Of a DNA stretch of 64,000 nt, positions 41,704 through 51,083 are shown in pieces. Position 1 is the first letter of the stretch. The number at the start of each line of letters is the position of its first letter. The translations under genes were made by a program, and so were the position numbers. Origin of the DNA: Desulfotomaculum sp. (GTDB lineage Bacteria > Bacillota > Desulfotomaculia > Desulfotomaculales > Nap2-2B); the NCBI GenBank assembly GCA_003485325.1, contig DMZI01000035.1:68-64067 (forward strand), read 5' to 3'. The notes under the pieces were generated by a model. The model was not told the origin of the DNA and searched no databases. It saw only the letters and a list, made by a program, of their open reading frames with translations.

Positions 41704-42875
41704 AAATAGGTTTCTTTACAGATAGTTATTTCCCATATACCAGTGGGGTTGTCCATTCAATAGACACATTTAATCAGGAATTAGTGGCCTTAGGTCATGA
41801 AGTATTTATTTTTGCTCCCAGTTACCCAAACGTTCAGGATGATCAGGAAAACGTATTTCGCTTTAGTTCTCTTCCTGCCCCAACAAACCGTGATTTTACG
41901 CTGGCATTTCCTTTTTCATTTCATTTAGGAAATATTCTTGAAAAATGGCAGCCCGAAATAATCCACGCTCATTCCCCTTTTATTCTTGGTCATGTCGGAT
42001 CCATCTGCGCCCGCCGGTTGAAAATACCGCTTATTTTTACATTTCATACACTCTATGATGAATATGTTCATTATTTTCCCATTGCCCAGAAGGTAACCAA
42101 GAATGTTGTCAGGAGTATTTCGCGAAATTTTTGCAACCAGAGCAATGTTGTCATAGTGCCTACTGAAGTTGTCCGTGAACATTTGTTGCAAATGGGTGTT
42201 TCCACCCGGATCAAAAAAATTCCTACTGGTATTAAACTAAGTGAATTCTCAAATCCGGACAGGTTCTGGCTTAAGAAACAATATGGCATTCCGGATAGAA
42301 GTAGAGTCCTTCTTTTTGTAGGACGGTTAGGTCAGGAGAAGAATATATATTTCCTGCTCGAATGTTTTCAGAAAATTGTTGCTGAATTGCCCGGGACTTT
42401 TCTGGTTTTGGTTGGAAGCGGCCCCGAGGAGGAAGAGTTAAAGAACTGGGCAACTGTCCAGGGACTGAGCAAAAATATTATTTTTGCGGGAAAAAAAGAT
42501 AAGAGTGAAATGTCACGACATTATGCGGGCTCAGATCTTTTTGTGTTTACTTCCTTAACAGAAACTCAGGGGTTGGTAATTGCCGAGGCCAAGGCTGCCG
42601 GAATCCCATCTGTTGCAATTAAAGCAAACGGTGTAAGCGAGATGGTGGAAAATGGCGAGGACGGTTTCCTTACCGATGCGGACCAGGATTTGTTCACAGA
42701 AAAGGTTATCCTGCTTTTAAAGGATAATATAATGCGTAAAAGGTTCTCTGACAGGGCCAAAGAAAATGTAAAAAGGATTTCCTCCAGACGATGCGCCTTG
42801 GACTTGATTGATATCTACCAGGAAGTACTGCAGGTGGGTGGGGTAAAAAAGTACCTGGTTAACGGTGAAAAGTAG
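41700..42875 (+). CDS. Glycosyltransferase family 4 (GT-B fold)
   Basis: 391-aa ORF with the N-terminal motif KIGFFTDSYFPYTSGV and the C-terminal GT1/GT4 motif ETQGLVIAEAKAAGIPSVA...E. Confidence 0.85.
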   Translation: MKIGFFTDSYFPYTSGVVHSIDTFNQELVALGHEVFIFAPSYPNVQDDQENVFRFSSLPAPTNRDFTLAFPFSFHLGNILEKWQPEIIHAHSPFILGHVGSICARRLKIPLIFTFHTLYDEYVHYFPIAQKVTKNVVRSISRNFCNQSNVVIVPTEVVREHLLQMGVSTRIKKIPTGIKLSEFSNPDRFWLKKQYGIPDRSRVLLFVGRLGQEKNIYFLLECFQKIVAELPGTFLVLVGSGPEEEELKNWATVQGLSKNIIFAGKKDKSEMSRHYAGSDLFVFTSLTETQGLVIAEAKAAGIPSVAIKANGVSEMVENGEDGFLTDADQDLFTEKVILLLKDNIMRKRFSDRAKENVKRISSRRCALDLIDIYQEVLQVGGVKKYLVNGEK

Positions 42876-42954
42876 GAAATGCGTTTTTGAATTTATAGTT
42901 TACATAATATCTATTATGAGAACATATTTAAAAACCCCCTTTCACCCTTTGTTA

Positions 42955-43155
42955 TTATTTTTTGGTCTCTTCCGTAATTGCAGAAGTTCCTGTTAAGAAA
43001 ATGCCGTAATCGGGTGCTTCAAGGCACAAGCCGCAGTTATCGCATACTTTTTTATTATCAAGACTGCAAATAAAACACTCGCAGCAATTGTCACAAAGCT
43101 TGTATTTTTCCAACATACACATTTTAAGAATAAGCTTATGCTTTTTACCCTTCAT
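42955..43155 (-). CDS. Cysteine-rich 66-aa protein of unknown function
   Basis: The SD AAGGAAG is 5 nt upstream of the ATG. There are nine Cys residues, eight of them in 24 residues (CDNCCECFICSLDNKKVCDNCGLC). No family is confidently recognised. Confidence 0.55.
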   Translation of the reverse strand: MKGKKHKLILKMCMLEKYKLCDNCCECFICSLDNKKVCDNCGLCLEAPDYGIFLTGTSAITEETKK

Positions 43156-43228
43156 TGCCAGCTTCCTTACATAAGGAATCTTTTTATAAGCTTATCCTCT
43201 TTTTTGTAAAAAATCATTAAATCTACCT

Positions 43229-43349
43229 TCAATTAACTAAAATAAGAGGTAAACTGATGGCTTCATATGTTTAAAAGATACTTTAATCTTGGCCCTTATT
43301 TATTATGCGAAAATCTTATTACTCTCAATTAACTAAAACAAGAGGTGAA
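43229..43349. repeat. Pair of ~25-bp direct repeats 96 bp apart in the pstA / Cys-rich-gene spacer
   Basis: TCAATTAACTAAAATAAGAGGTAAA (43229-43253) versus TCAATTAACTAAAACAAGAGGTGAA (43325-43349), 23/25 identical. Both are preceded by AAATCT within 12 nt. Confidence 0.6.
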
Positions 43350-43411
43350 AGGTAAAATAGAAAAAATATACGCATGTTTTTAGGGAATATTCTATAGATA
43401 TAAAATTTTTA

Positions 43412-44260
43412 TTAATTGTCCCCTTTCATTCTGGCAAGAAAGTAACCGGAAAATAATCTTGTTAAAAGATTAATCAGGATTATTATAATTATTAGAATTA
43501 TACTTGTCCCCATAGCCTGTCTGATAAGTAGTTCCCTGTCCCCCGGCATTTCAGTCACTAAAAGATATAAGTGAAGCGCCAAGGTTCTTCCGCCATGGAA
43601 CAATGAACCTGGCGTAAGCATACTTAATCCGAGAGTCGCATATAGACAGGCTGTTTCCCCAATAACACGGCCGACACAGAGTATGACTGCAGTTATAATT
43701 CCAGGTAAAGCTGTAGGCAGAATAACTTTGGTAATTGTCTGCCACTTTGTTGCGCCAAGAGCAAGGCTTGCTTCCATGTGAAAAGGGGGTACAGCTCTGA
43801 TTGCTTCTTCTGATGCCAGGATCATAGTAGGCAGAACAAGGCAAGCCATAGTTAAGGCGCCTGCAAGCAAGCATTGTGTACCGAGTAATACAATTACAAA
43901 AAGGGCCATGCCAAAAAGTCCAAAAATAATTGAAGGCACGCCAGCAAGGGTTTCAATACCATAGCGGACAAATTCGCTGAACCTGCCTTTCGGAGCGTAT
44001 AAGGAAAGGTAGATAGCAGTGCCCAGGCCAAGGGGAACCGCTAAGGCAAGGGTTAAAAGAACAATATATAAGGTGCAGACTATTGCTGAAAATATTCCTC
44101 CTTCAGGGATTGAATTATTAATAAAGCTCCAAGAGATTGCTGATAAACCATGGTAAAAAATAAAACCAATCAGGATGGTAAGTATTAATAAAACGATTAA
44201 ACCGGATAACCAGGTTAATAACCAGGCAATCTTTTGAGCCGTTTTTGGAGAAATTATCAT
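43412..44260 (-). CDS. pstA: Phosphate ABC transporter permease PstA
   Basis: 282-aa six-TM ORF with a PstA-type pattern. It overlaps pstC by 4 nt. Confidence 0.88.
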   Translation of the reverse strand: MIISPKTAQKIAWLLTWLSGLIVLLILTILIGFIFYHGLSAISWSFINNSIPEGGIFSAIVCTLYIVLLTLALAVPLGLGTAIYLSLYAPKGRFSEFVRYGIETLAGVPSIIFGLFGMALFVIVLLGTQCLLAGALTMACLVLPTMILASEEAIRAVPPFHMEASLALGATKWQTITKVILPTALPGIITAVILCVGRVIGETACLYATLGLSMLTPGSLFHGGRTLALHLYLLVTEMPGDRELLIRQAMGTSIILIIIIILINLLTRLFSGYFLARMKGDN

Positions 44261-45114
44261 GAAGTTTTTCTCCTTATTAAGAAGGCAATGCTGTTAAAAA
44301 CCAGGATGAAAATGACAAGTACAATTCCAACTGCAAACAAAGCGCTTAAATGTAAGCTTCCCAACGCGGACTCAAGTATCTGTCCAACTATATGGGAAGT
44401 TAGGGTTCGCGAAGGGTCCAGGATTGATCCGGGTATGGCAAATGCATTACCTATCACCATATAAACAGCCATAGTCTCACCTATAGCCCTTGCCATTCCT
44501 AAAATAAAGGCAGCTGTAATACCAGACCTTGCTGCAGGAAGAAGAACCATCCAAATAGCCTGCCACTGAGTTGCGCCCAGGGCAAGGGCGGCTTCCTTGT
44601 AGGAAACTGGCACAGCGCGGAGGCTGTCTTCAGTAATAGTTACCATCGTTGGTAAAACCATGATTGTTAGTACGACTATGCCTGCTAAAAGGCTATAACC
44701 GCTGCCTCCAAGATGTCTTATTAAAGGTACAAGCATAATCATTCCAACAAGCCCGTAAACGACTGAAGGAATACCAACAAGAACTTCTATGGCCTGCCTT
44801 AATAAAGAGCTTATCCTTCGCGGAGCTACTTCAGCAAGGAAGACTGCACAGGCAATGCTTAATGGCGTAGCTATAACAACCGTACCTAACATTGCCATGA
44901 TTGAGCCAAAGATCAACGGTAAAATGCTGAACTTTTCCTCTTTTAAGCTCCATTCAGTTCCAAAAAGGAATTTTAATATACCTATTTTTGCAAAGGCGGG
45001 GAATCCTTCTTTGAAGATAAAGATAACAATAAGGAAAAGAATAAGAAGAGAGATGGCGGCACAAACCAAAACTATTTGTTTGGAGACATTATCCACAAAA
45101 TAACGAGTAAGCAT
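44257..45114 (-). CDS. pstC: Phosphate ABC transporter permease PstC
   Basis: 285-aa six-TM ORF with a PstC-type pattern (the EAALALGATQWQ EAA loop). Confidence 0.88.
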   Translation of the reverse strand: MLTRYFVDNVSKQIVLVCAAISLLILFLIVIFIFKEGFPAFAKIGILKFLFGTEWSLKEEKFSILPLIFGSIMAMLGTVVIATPLSIACAVFLAEVAPRRISSLLRQAIEVLVGIPSVVYGLVGMIMLVPLIRHLGGSGYSLLAGIVVLTIMVLPTMVTITEDSLRAVPVSYKEAALALGATQWQAIWMVLLPAARSGITAAFILGMARAIGETMAVYMVIGNAFAIPGSILDPSRTLTSHIVGQILESALGSLHLSALFAVGIVLVIFILVFNSIAFLIRRKTS

Positions 45115-45201
45115 GGATGTTCCTTCTGTAAGTTGATAGTAGTGGAAAATAAGTCCCTAGTTTGGCATTATTTTAGATGCTAACTTAAGTATAAGCAAAC
45201 A

Positions 45202-45240
45202 GATTAAATTAAGGTTATGGTAATGTTAAGTTAATGTTAA
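45202..45240 (-). promoter_or_regulatory. Pho-box array (PhoP-type direct repeats) upstream of pstC
   Basis: The minus strand reads TTAACA-ttaac-TTAACA-ttacc-ATAACC-ttaat-TTAATC, four TT(A/T/C)ACA-like hexamers at an exact 11-bp period. TATACT (45193-45188) follows 8 nt later. The array lies 88-126 nt upstream of the pstC ATG. Confidence 0.6.
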
Positions 45241-45367
45241 GTTTTCTGAAGAGAATATACAGGGGGAAGGTTCTTGTGTATTAATCAGCTGTTAGCGCAC
45301 TTGTATGTATATCCCCTTGTATAACTAATAGCTATTTTCAGTAAAAAAATGTTGCCAAATGCTCAAT

Positions 45368-46762
45368 CTAAGCGGGATAGTAGTTCATATTTACATCGGC
45401 AAGTTCAAAATCAATTTTTGTCTTTCTTGAAAGACGTTCCTGCAAAAATTCCATAGCTGTTTCCGGGAACAGGGCTACAGAAAGAACATCTTCCTCTTTC
45501 TCCATGTATGGTATGGCTTCGCTGCGCGCAGCCGGCAGGCCGGGTTCCAACAAATCAGCCGGACGGCAGGAGATTGTTTTTTCCTGGCCGATTATTTGTT
45601 TTCGAACATCTTCGTTTACTGGCGCCGGTGGTTGTCCGTAGTATCCAAGCATATATCTTTTAACTTCGCTTGTAACCAGAAGATAACGGCCAAAAAGAAC
45701 ATTGGAAACTGCCTGAGCCCCTATTATCTGGCTTGTTGGCGTGACCAGGGGCGGGTACCCAAAATCCTTCCTTACCAGCAGAAGTTCAACAAGTACTTCC
45801 GGAAGTCTGTGCAGGGCATCCAGTCCGGAAAGCTGGGTAATGAAATTAGAAATCATTCCACCGGGTATCTGATAAACCATTACATTGGTATCAGAGCTTT
45901 TAGGGGAAACATCAAATTCGGAATATTTCTTGCGGACTTCCTTGAAGTACTCGGATATTTCATAAAGAAGTTCCAGATCAAAAGCAGTTTCATATGGAGT
46001 ATCCTTTAAAGCGACAGCAATTGTTTCTGTAGACGGGAGAGAACTTTGCATTGCCATTGTTGATATTGCGCAATCTATTACATCTACACCAGCTTCAATA
46101 GCTCGTAAATAGGCCATTGGGGCAAGCCCGCTGGAACAATGGCAGTGCAGCTGAAGAGGTATCTTTATCTTGGATTTCAAAATCCTGATTAAATCATATG
46201 CTGGTTGAGGCGCCAGGAGACCGGCCATGTCTTTTATGCAAATGCTGTCGGCCCCCATATTTTCCAAAGTTTTAGCTACTTTGACATAATACTCGTTGTT
46301 GTGAAAAGGGCTTATCGTATAAACAACAGTGCCCTGAGCATGGGCGCCTTCCTTTTTCACGGCTTCAACAGCCTTTTGCACGTTGCGGACATCGTTTAAT
46401 GCGTCAAAGACACGAAAGATATCTATACCATGAAATACGCTCATCTTGATGAATTCGTTTAGCACATCGTCGGGGTGATGCTTGTAGCCGACTAAATTTT
46501 GGCCTCGCAGAAGCATCTGTAAAGGTGTTTTAAGATGCTTCCGCAGGGCGCTTAATCTTTCCCAGGGATCTTCCTTGAGAAATCGCAGGCAGGAATCAAA
46601 AGTTGCCCCTCCCCATACTTCCAGGGAGTGGAAACCGGCCTGGTCCAGTTTTTCGCAGATAGGCAGCATATCTTCAAGACGCATTCTTGTTGCAAGTAAT
46701 GATTGTTGACCATCACGCAGGGTTGTGTCTGTAATTTCCAAGCGGTGCATTTTTTTAGCCAA
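45368..46762 (-). CDS. Carboxyltransferase, oxaloacetate decarboxylase alpha / transcarboxylase 5S-like subunit (no biotinyl domain)
   Basis: 464-aa ORF with the HMGL-like TIM barrel N-terminus (ITDTTLRDGQQS) plus a PYC_OADA-type domain. It ends without a biotin-attachment motif. Confidence 0.85.
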   Translation of the reverse strand: MAKKMHRLEITDTTLRDGQQSLLATRMRLEDMLPICEKLDQAGFHSLEVWGGATFDSCLRFLKEDPWERLSALRKHLKTPLQMLLRGQNLVGYKHHPDDVLNEFIKMSVFHGIDIFRVFDALNDVRNVQKAVEAVKKEGAHAQGTVVYTISPFHNNEYYVKVAKTLENMGADSICIKDMAGLLAPQPAYDLIRILKSKIKIPLQLHCHCSSGLAPMAYLRAIEAGVDVIDCAISTMAMQSSLPSTETIAVALKDTPYETAFDLELLYEISEYFKEVRKKYSEFDVSPKSSDTNVMVYQIPGGMISNFITQLSGLDALHRLPEVLVELLLVRKDFGYPPLVTPTSQIIGAQAVSNVLFGRYLLVTSEVKRYMLGYYGQPPAPVNEDVRKQIIGQEKTISCRPADLLEPGLPAARSEAIPYMEKEEDVLSVALFPETAMEFLQERLSRKTKIDFELADVNMNYYPA

Positions 46763-46803
46763 GATTTAAGATCCCCCGGTTAATTTTAGATGTTTTTATA
46801 AAA

Positions 46804-47187
46804 CTATTCAATAATTACCAGTATGTCACCACCGGATACTTTCTGTCCTTTTTTAACAAGGATTTCCTTTACCGTACCATCATCCGTGGCATTAATTTCA
46901 TTCTCCATTTTCATAGCTTCCAGAATTAAGAGAATATCTCCTTTTTTAACCTGATCACCTACATTAACTTTTATCCTGTTAATATTGCCAGGCATAGGAG
47001 AAGTGACAATTCCGCGTTTCAAACTGCCAGGCGTTCTTTTTGAATGAAAAACATTCTGTGGAAGTTCAGTAATGGAGGGTTGCTGCAATACTGGCTGCAG
47101 ACTGACAATTTGACTTTTAGACGGGCTTATTTCTTCAACTTCTACTTCGAAAACCTCACCATTTACAGTTACTTTAAACTTTTTCAT
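46804..47187 (-). CDS. Biotin carboxyl carrier protein (1.3S-like subunit)
   Basis: 127-aa ORF with the biotinylation motif EAMKMENEI in a biotinyl/lipoyl fold. Confidence 0.88.
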   Translation of the reverse strand: MKKFKVTVNGEVFEVEVEEISPSKSQIVSLQPVLQQPSITELPQNVFHSKRTPGSLKRGIVTSPMPGNINRIKVNVGDQVKKGDILLILEAMKMENEINATDDGTVKEILVKKGQKVSGGDILVIIE

Positions 47188-47215
47188 ATCATCCCCCCTA
47201 GGGAAATACTTTGGT

Positions 47216-47416
47216 TTAAAAATATCTCGGCCCGGATAACCTGCTTCGCATTAATTCACTTAAGCCGGCCATTTTCCAGGGTGTTGGAACCGTCTGTTTT
47301 CGTTTTCCAGGATTATAATCTTCATTTATAAGAAGACCACCTGCAATCAGGGCTGCTGTAACTGCAGCGACAATTTCAGGTCTTGCTTCTTTAGATATTC
47401 CCTTTAATTGATTCAA
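47216..47416 (-). CDS. Small subunit-like protein of the carboxylase/transcarboxylase operon (OadG/MmdD-like, uncertain)
   Basis: 66-aa ORF with one hydrophobic segment (IVAAVTAALIAGGLL). It is wedged between the 12S-like and biotin-carrier genes. Confidence 0.4.
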   Translation of the reverse strand: MNQLKGISKEARPEIVAAVTAALIAGGLLINEDYNPGKRKQTVPTPWKMAGLSELMRSRLSGPRYF

Positions 47417-47430
47417 TTCTTTCTCCCTCT

Positions 47431-48960
47431 TTATAGCGTAATATTGCCGTGTTTTTTCTGGGGCCTTGTTTCTCTTTTGTTTGAAAAAGCCTTTAGCGAA
47501 GCTATGATTTTATACCTGGTCTGTCTGGGATCAATTACGTCGTCCACATAACCTTTTGCACATGAAATGTACGGGTTGGCAAATTTGGCGCGATACTCCG
47601 CCTCAAGTTTTTCGCGCGTTTCCTGCGGGTTTTCAGATTTAGAAATTTCATTGTAATAAATGATATTAACTGCTCCTTCAGGGCCCATTACGGCGACTTC
47701 TGCGGTTGGCCAGGCAAATATTGCGTCAGCCCGCAAGGAACTGCTGCCCATGGCTATATAGGCTCCGCCATAGGCTTTTCGTAAAATTACAGTAATTTTA
47801 GGCACTGTGGCTTCCGAATAAGCATATAGTATTTTTGCCCCGTGCCGTATAATACCGCCATATTCCTGCGCAAATCCGGGCAAATAACCTGGAACATCCA
47901 TTAAAGTTACGACAGGTATATTAAAACAGTCACAGAAACGGACAAATCTGGCTATTTTACTCGACGCGTTAATATCCAGGCAACCGGCCAGATAAGTAGG
48001 CTGGTTGGCAACAATACCCGCTGTGCGTCCGTCAAAACGGGCAAAGCCTACCACAGCGTTTGGCGCATATAAGGCTTGTACTTCAAGGAGTTCTCCGGCG
48101 TCAACAATGAGTTCGATTACTCTCCTGACATCATAAGACAGATGTGGTTCTTCAGGTACAATATTAAGCAACTCTTCCTGGTTTCCAACAGGTTCACGGG
48201 AATCATACTGTGGAGGTTCTTCTAAATTATTGGATGGCAAGTAGCTCAATAATTTGCTGAGGAGAATCACGCATGCCTCCTCGGATTCCACTATAAAATG
48301 AGCAACTCCGCTAATTTGATTATGTGTTAATGCGCCGCCTAAATCTTCCATGCTGACTTCGGCCCCTGTAACGGCTTTGATAACCTGTGGGCCTGTAATA
48401 AACATCCGGCCAATATCTTTCACCATAATGATAAAATCAGTCAGGGCTGGTGAATATACCGCCCCGCCGGCGCAAGGGCCCATGATCACTGATATTTGAG
48501 GGATAACCCCCGAAGCTATTGTGTTGCGATACAAAATCTGCCCGTATCCGTCAAGAGCGTCGATTCCTTCCTGGATACGCGCTCCACCAGAGTCATTAAA
48601 GCCAATTACAGGCGCTCCTGTTTTTGTGGCCAGGTCCAGTACTTTACTGATTTTTGCAGCATGGATTTTGCCAAGTGAACCGCCGGTAACTGTAAAATCC
48701 TGAGCGAAGACAAATATTTTTTGGCCATTAACTGTACCATAGCCTGTTACTACACCCTCTCCCGGGTGTTCAAGATTTGATATGTCCTCATTTCCTGCAA
48801 AAGTATTGATTTCAACAAAGGATCCGGGTTCTAACAAAAGATCAATACGCTCGCGTGCAGTTTTTTTACCAGCTTCATGTTGTTTATCTATACGGGTCTT
48901 TCCGCCCCCGGCTTCTATTTTTTCGCGATAGCTTTTTAGCTGCTCCAGTTTTTTCTGCAC
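47431..48960 (-). CDS. Methylmalonyl-CoA carboxyltransferase (12S / PccB / MmdA-like)
   Basis: 509-aa ORF with tandem carboxyltransferase (crotonase-like) domains and motifs DSGGARIQEG and MGPCAGGAVYSPALTDF. Confidence 0.9.
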   Translation of the reverse strand: MQKKLEQLKSYREKIEAGGGKTRIDKQHEAGKKTARERIDLLLEPGSFVEINTFAGNEDISNLEHPGEGVVTGYGTVNGQKIFVFAQDFTVTGGSLGKIHAAKISKVLDLATKTGAPVIGFNDSGGARIQEGIDALDGYGQILYRNTIASGVIPQISVIMGPCAGGAVYSPALTDFIIMVKDIGRMFITGPQVIKAVTGAEVSMEDLGGALTHNQISGVAHFIVESEEACVILLSKLLSYLPSNNLEEPPQYDSREPVGNQEELLNIVPEEPHLSYDVRRVIELIVDAGELLEVQALYAPNAVVGFARFDGRTAGIVANQPTYLAGCLDINASSKIARFVRFCDCFNIPVVTLMDVPGYLPGFAQEYGGIIRHGAKILYAYSEATVPKITVILRKAYGGAYIAMGSSSLRADAIFAWPTAEVAVMGPEGAVNIIYYNEISKSENPQETREKLEAEYRAKFANPYISCAKGYVDDVIDPRQTRYKIIASLKAFSNKRETRPQKKHGNITL

Positions 48961-49202
48961 GTTTAGGACTTAACCTCCTTTTTATAAGCAAGCAAAGAAA
49001 CTGTTATAAGAATTTATCACTTGTGTTAACTGGCAAATACTGTATTAAAGGGAATTAGCTTAAAATGTTTCACCATTTATCGTATAAATCCTTCCTGGAT
49101 GCAAAAAATTTCTTTTTATGTTTTTAAAATACTATCTTATGTATTATAATTAAAATAATTACCAATTAAAAATTTATACTACAAGAAAGGGGTATTTGTG
49201 CC

Positions 49203-49814
49203 TTGTTATCTCAACTTACCCCGCGTGAGCAACAAATACTTGACGTTATAAAAAAGATAATTCAAATCAAGGGGTATCCTCCGTCCGTCAGGGAAATCGG
49301 CCAGCTTGTCGGCCTGAACTCAAGTTCTACAGTACATGGATACTTGCAGCGCCTTGAGCAAAAAGGTTTTTTGCACCGTGATTCAAACAAACCCCGTGCC
49401 ATGGAACTTATGGGCTCCTTGCCCGGGTTCCGGAATACTAATGTCCATTATGTGCCAGTTTTGGGCAGGGTTCCTGCTGGCGATCCTTTTCTGGCTGTCG
49501 AAAACCTGGAGGAAGTCATGCCTGTTCCGGTTGATTTAACGGGCCAGGGCGATTTTTTCCTCCTCAGGGTCCATGGAGAAAGCATGATCAAATCGGGTAT
49601 TCTGGATGGGGACCTGGTAGTCGTCCGCCGCCAGCAGACAGCTGATAATGGTGATATTATCGTTGCCTTGCTTGGTGATGAAGTTACCGTAAAACGTTTT
49701 TTTCTGGAGGATGATCATGTCCGGCTTCAACCCGAAAACGATTTGCTGTCCCCTATCATTGTTAAAAATATTAATATATTAGGTAAAGTAACAGCCCTTC
49801 TGAGAAAACTATAA
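49203..49814 (+). CDS. lexA: LexA repressor (TTG start)
   Basis: 203-aa ORF with an N-terminal winged HTH (LTPREQQILDVI...GYPPSVREIG) and a C-terminal S24 peptidase with VHGESM and VKRF. Confidence 0.92.
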   Translation: MLSQLTPREQQILDVIKKIIQIKGYPPSVREIGQLVGLNSSSTVHGYLQRLEQKGFLHRDSNKPRAMELMGSLPGFRNTNVHYVPVLGRVPAGDPFLAVENLEEVMPVPVDLTGQGDFFLLRVHGESMIKSGILDGDLVVVRRQQTADNGDIIVALLGDEVTVKRFFLEDDHVRLQPENDLLSPIIVKNINILGKVTALLRKL

Positions 49815-51083
49815 TTTTGCCTTTCCGGAATTCTTTGTTTCCTGCTTTACATTAAGCACCTTCCCGGCTGCGTTTAATGCAGCTATCTTAACATATTCTT
49901 TCGATAAACCACCCTGAACGTAAACAATATATGGTTCCCGAAGAGGCGCATCAGCGCTGAATTCTGATGATGCCCCCTGGACAAAGGTTCCGGCAGCCAT
50001 AATTACTTTATCTTGATAACCAGGCAGGTTTGATGGCTCCGGGCGCACATAAGAGTCTACCGGCGAGGCTTCCTGTATACCAATGCAGAAGGCTTGTACG
50101 CGTTCTGGCGCCCCAAGATAGATACGCTGTACTATATCGGTTCGGGGTTCATCATAAGATGGAGAAACAGCAAAGCCTAACCTTTCAAAGAAACGGGCGG
50201 TGAAAATTGCGCCTTTCAGCGATTCCGCCACAGTATGCGGCGCCAGGTACAGCCCCTGATACAATAGCCGTTGAAAATCAAGTGACGGACCTGCTTCCCT
50301 GCCTATACCGGGTGCTGACCACCTACCTGCAGCCATTTCTACGAGGTCCCTGCGCCCTGTTATATACCCCCCGCTGGGAGCCAATCCACCGCCGGGGTTT
50401 TTGATCAGTGAACCCGCCGTTAAATCAGCGCCTGCCGCAGGTGGTTCAATTTCCTCAACAAATTCTCCGTAACAGTTGTCAACGCATGTAATTATACCCG
50501 GGTGCCGGTTCTTAAGGAATAAAATCAGCTCTTTTAAGTCTTCAATTTTTAAGGAACGATGGTTTGAATATCCTGAGGAGCGCTGTATTAAAAGCACCTT
50601 TGTTCGCGGATTAATCGCTTTAGTTATAGAGTTCCAATCAAATTCTCCGTCCCCGATAAGTTCTACCTGGCGGTAAGCGACGCCAAGATCCTTAAGGCTT
50701 CCTTTAGCGCAGCCTTTTATCCCGATAATTTCCTGGAGTGTGTCGTAAAGAGGGCCCTGAACAGATAAAAGTTCATCGCCCGGGCGCAGGACTCCAAAAA
50801 GGCAAATCGCTATTGCATGAGTACCGCTTACTATTTGTCCTCTGACCAAAGCATCTTCCGAACCAAAGATCATGGCGTAAAGCTTTTCTAAAGTTGAACG
50901 CCCCTGGTCGCCATAACCATAACCTGTTGTACCGCGTAAATGAAAATCACTTACTCTTAAATTTCGAAAAGCTTCCAATACCCGGGAATGATTTATACCC
51001 GCTTTTCTGTCGACCTCACGGTATAATGGTTGAATCTCTTCTTCAACTTCTTTGACAAGGCCTGTCAGATCCCTATATCCCAT
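49809..51083 (-). CDS. ynbB: Aluminium-resistance / YnbB-family PLP-dependent protein (methionine gamma-lyase-like fold)
   Basis: 424-aa ORF whose N-terminal pattern (VLEAFRNLRVSDFHLRGTTGYGYGDQGR) is typical of the YnbB family. Its 3' end overlaps the lexA 3' end by 6 nt (convergent). Confidence 0.8.
   Translation of the reverse strand: MGYRDLTGLVKEVEEEIQPLYREVDRKAGINHSRVLEAFRNLRVSDFHLRGTTGYGYGDQGRSTLEKLYAMIFGSEDALVRGQIVSGTHAIAICLFGVLRPGDELLSVQGPLYDTLQEIIGIKGCAKGSLKDLGVAYRQVELIGDGEFDWNSITKAINPRTKVLLIQRSSGYSNHRSLKIEDLKELILFLKNRHPGIITCVDNCYGEFVEEIEPPAAGADLTAGSLIKNPGGGLAPSGGYITGRRDLVEMAAGRWSAPGIGREAGPSLDFQRLLYQGLYLAPHTVAESLKGAIFTARFFERLGFAVSPSYDEPRTDIVQRIYLGAPERVQAFCIGIQEASPVDSYVRPEPSNLPGYQDKVIMAAGTFVQGASSEFSADAPLREPYIVYVQGGLSKEYVKIAALNAAGKVLNVKQETKNSGKAKL

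Noticed and set aside
43229-43349. Possible minimal CRISPR array
   Set aside because: There are only two repeats, with a 96-bp period (a spacer of about 71 bp), no palindromic repeat core and no cas genes in the window.
48961-49202. LexA (Cheo) box GAAC-N4-GTTC upstream of lexA
   Set aside because: Neither GAAC nor GTTC occurs anywhere in the 242-nt upstream region on either strand. No SOS operator can be claimed from the sequence, and the organism may use a divergent box.
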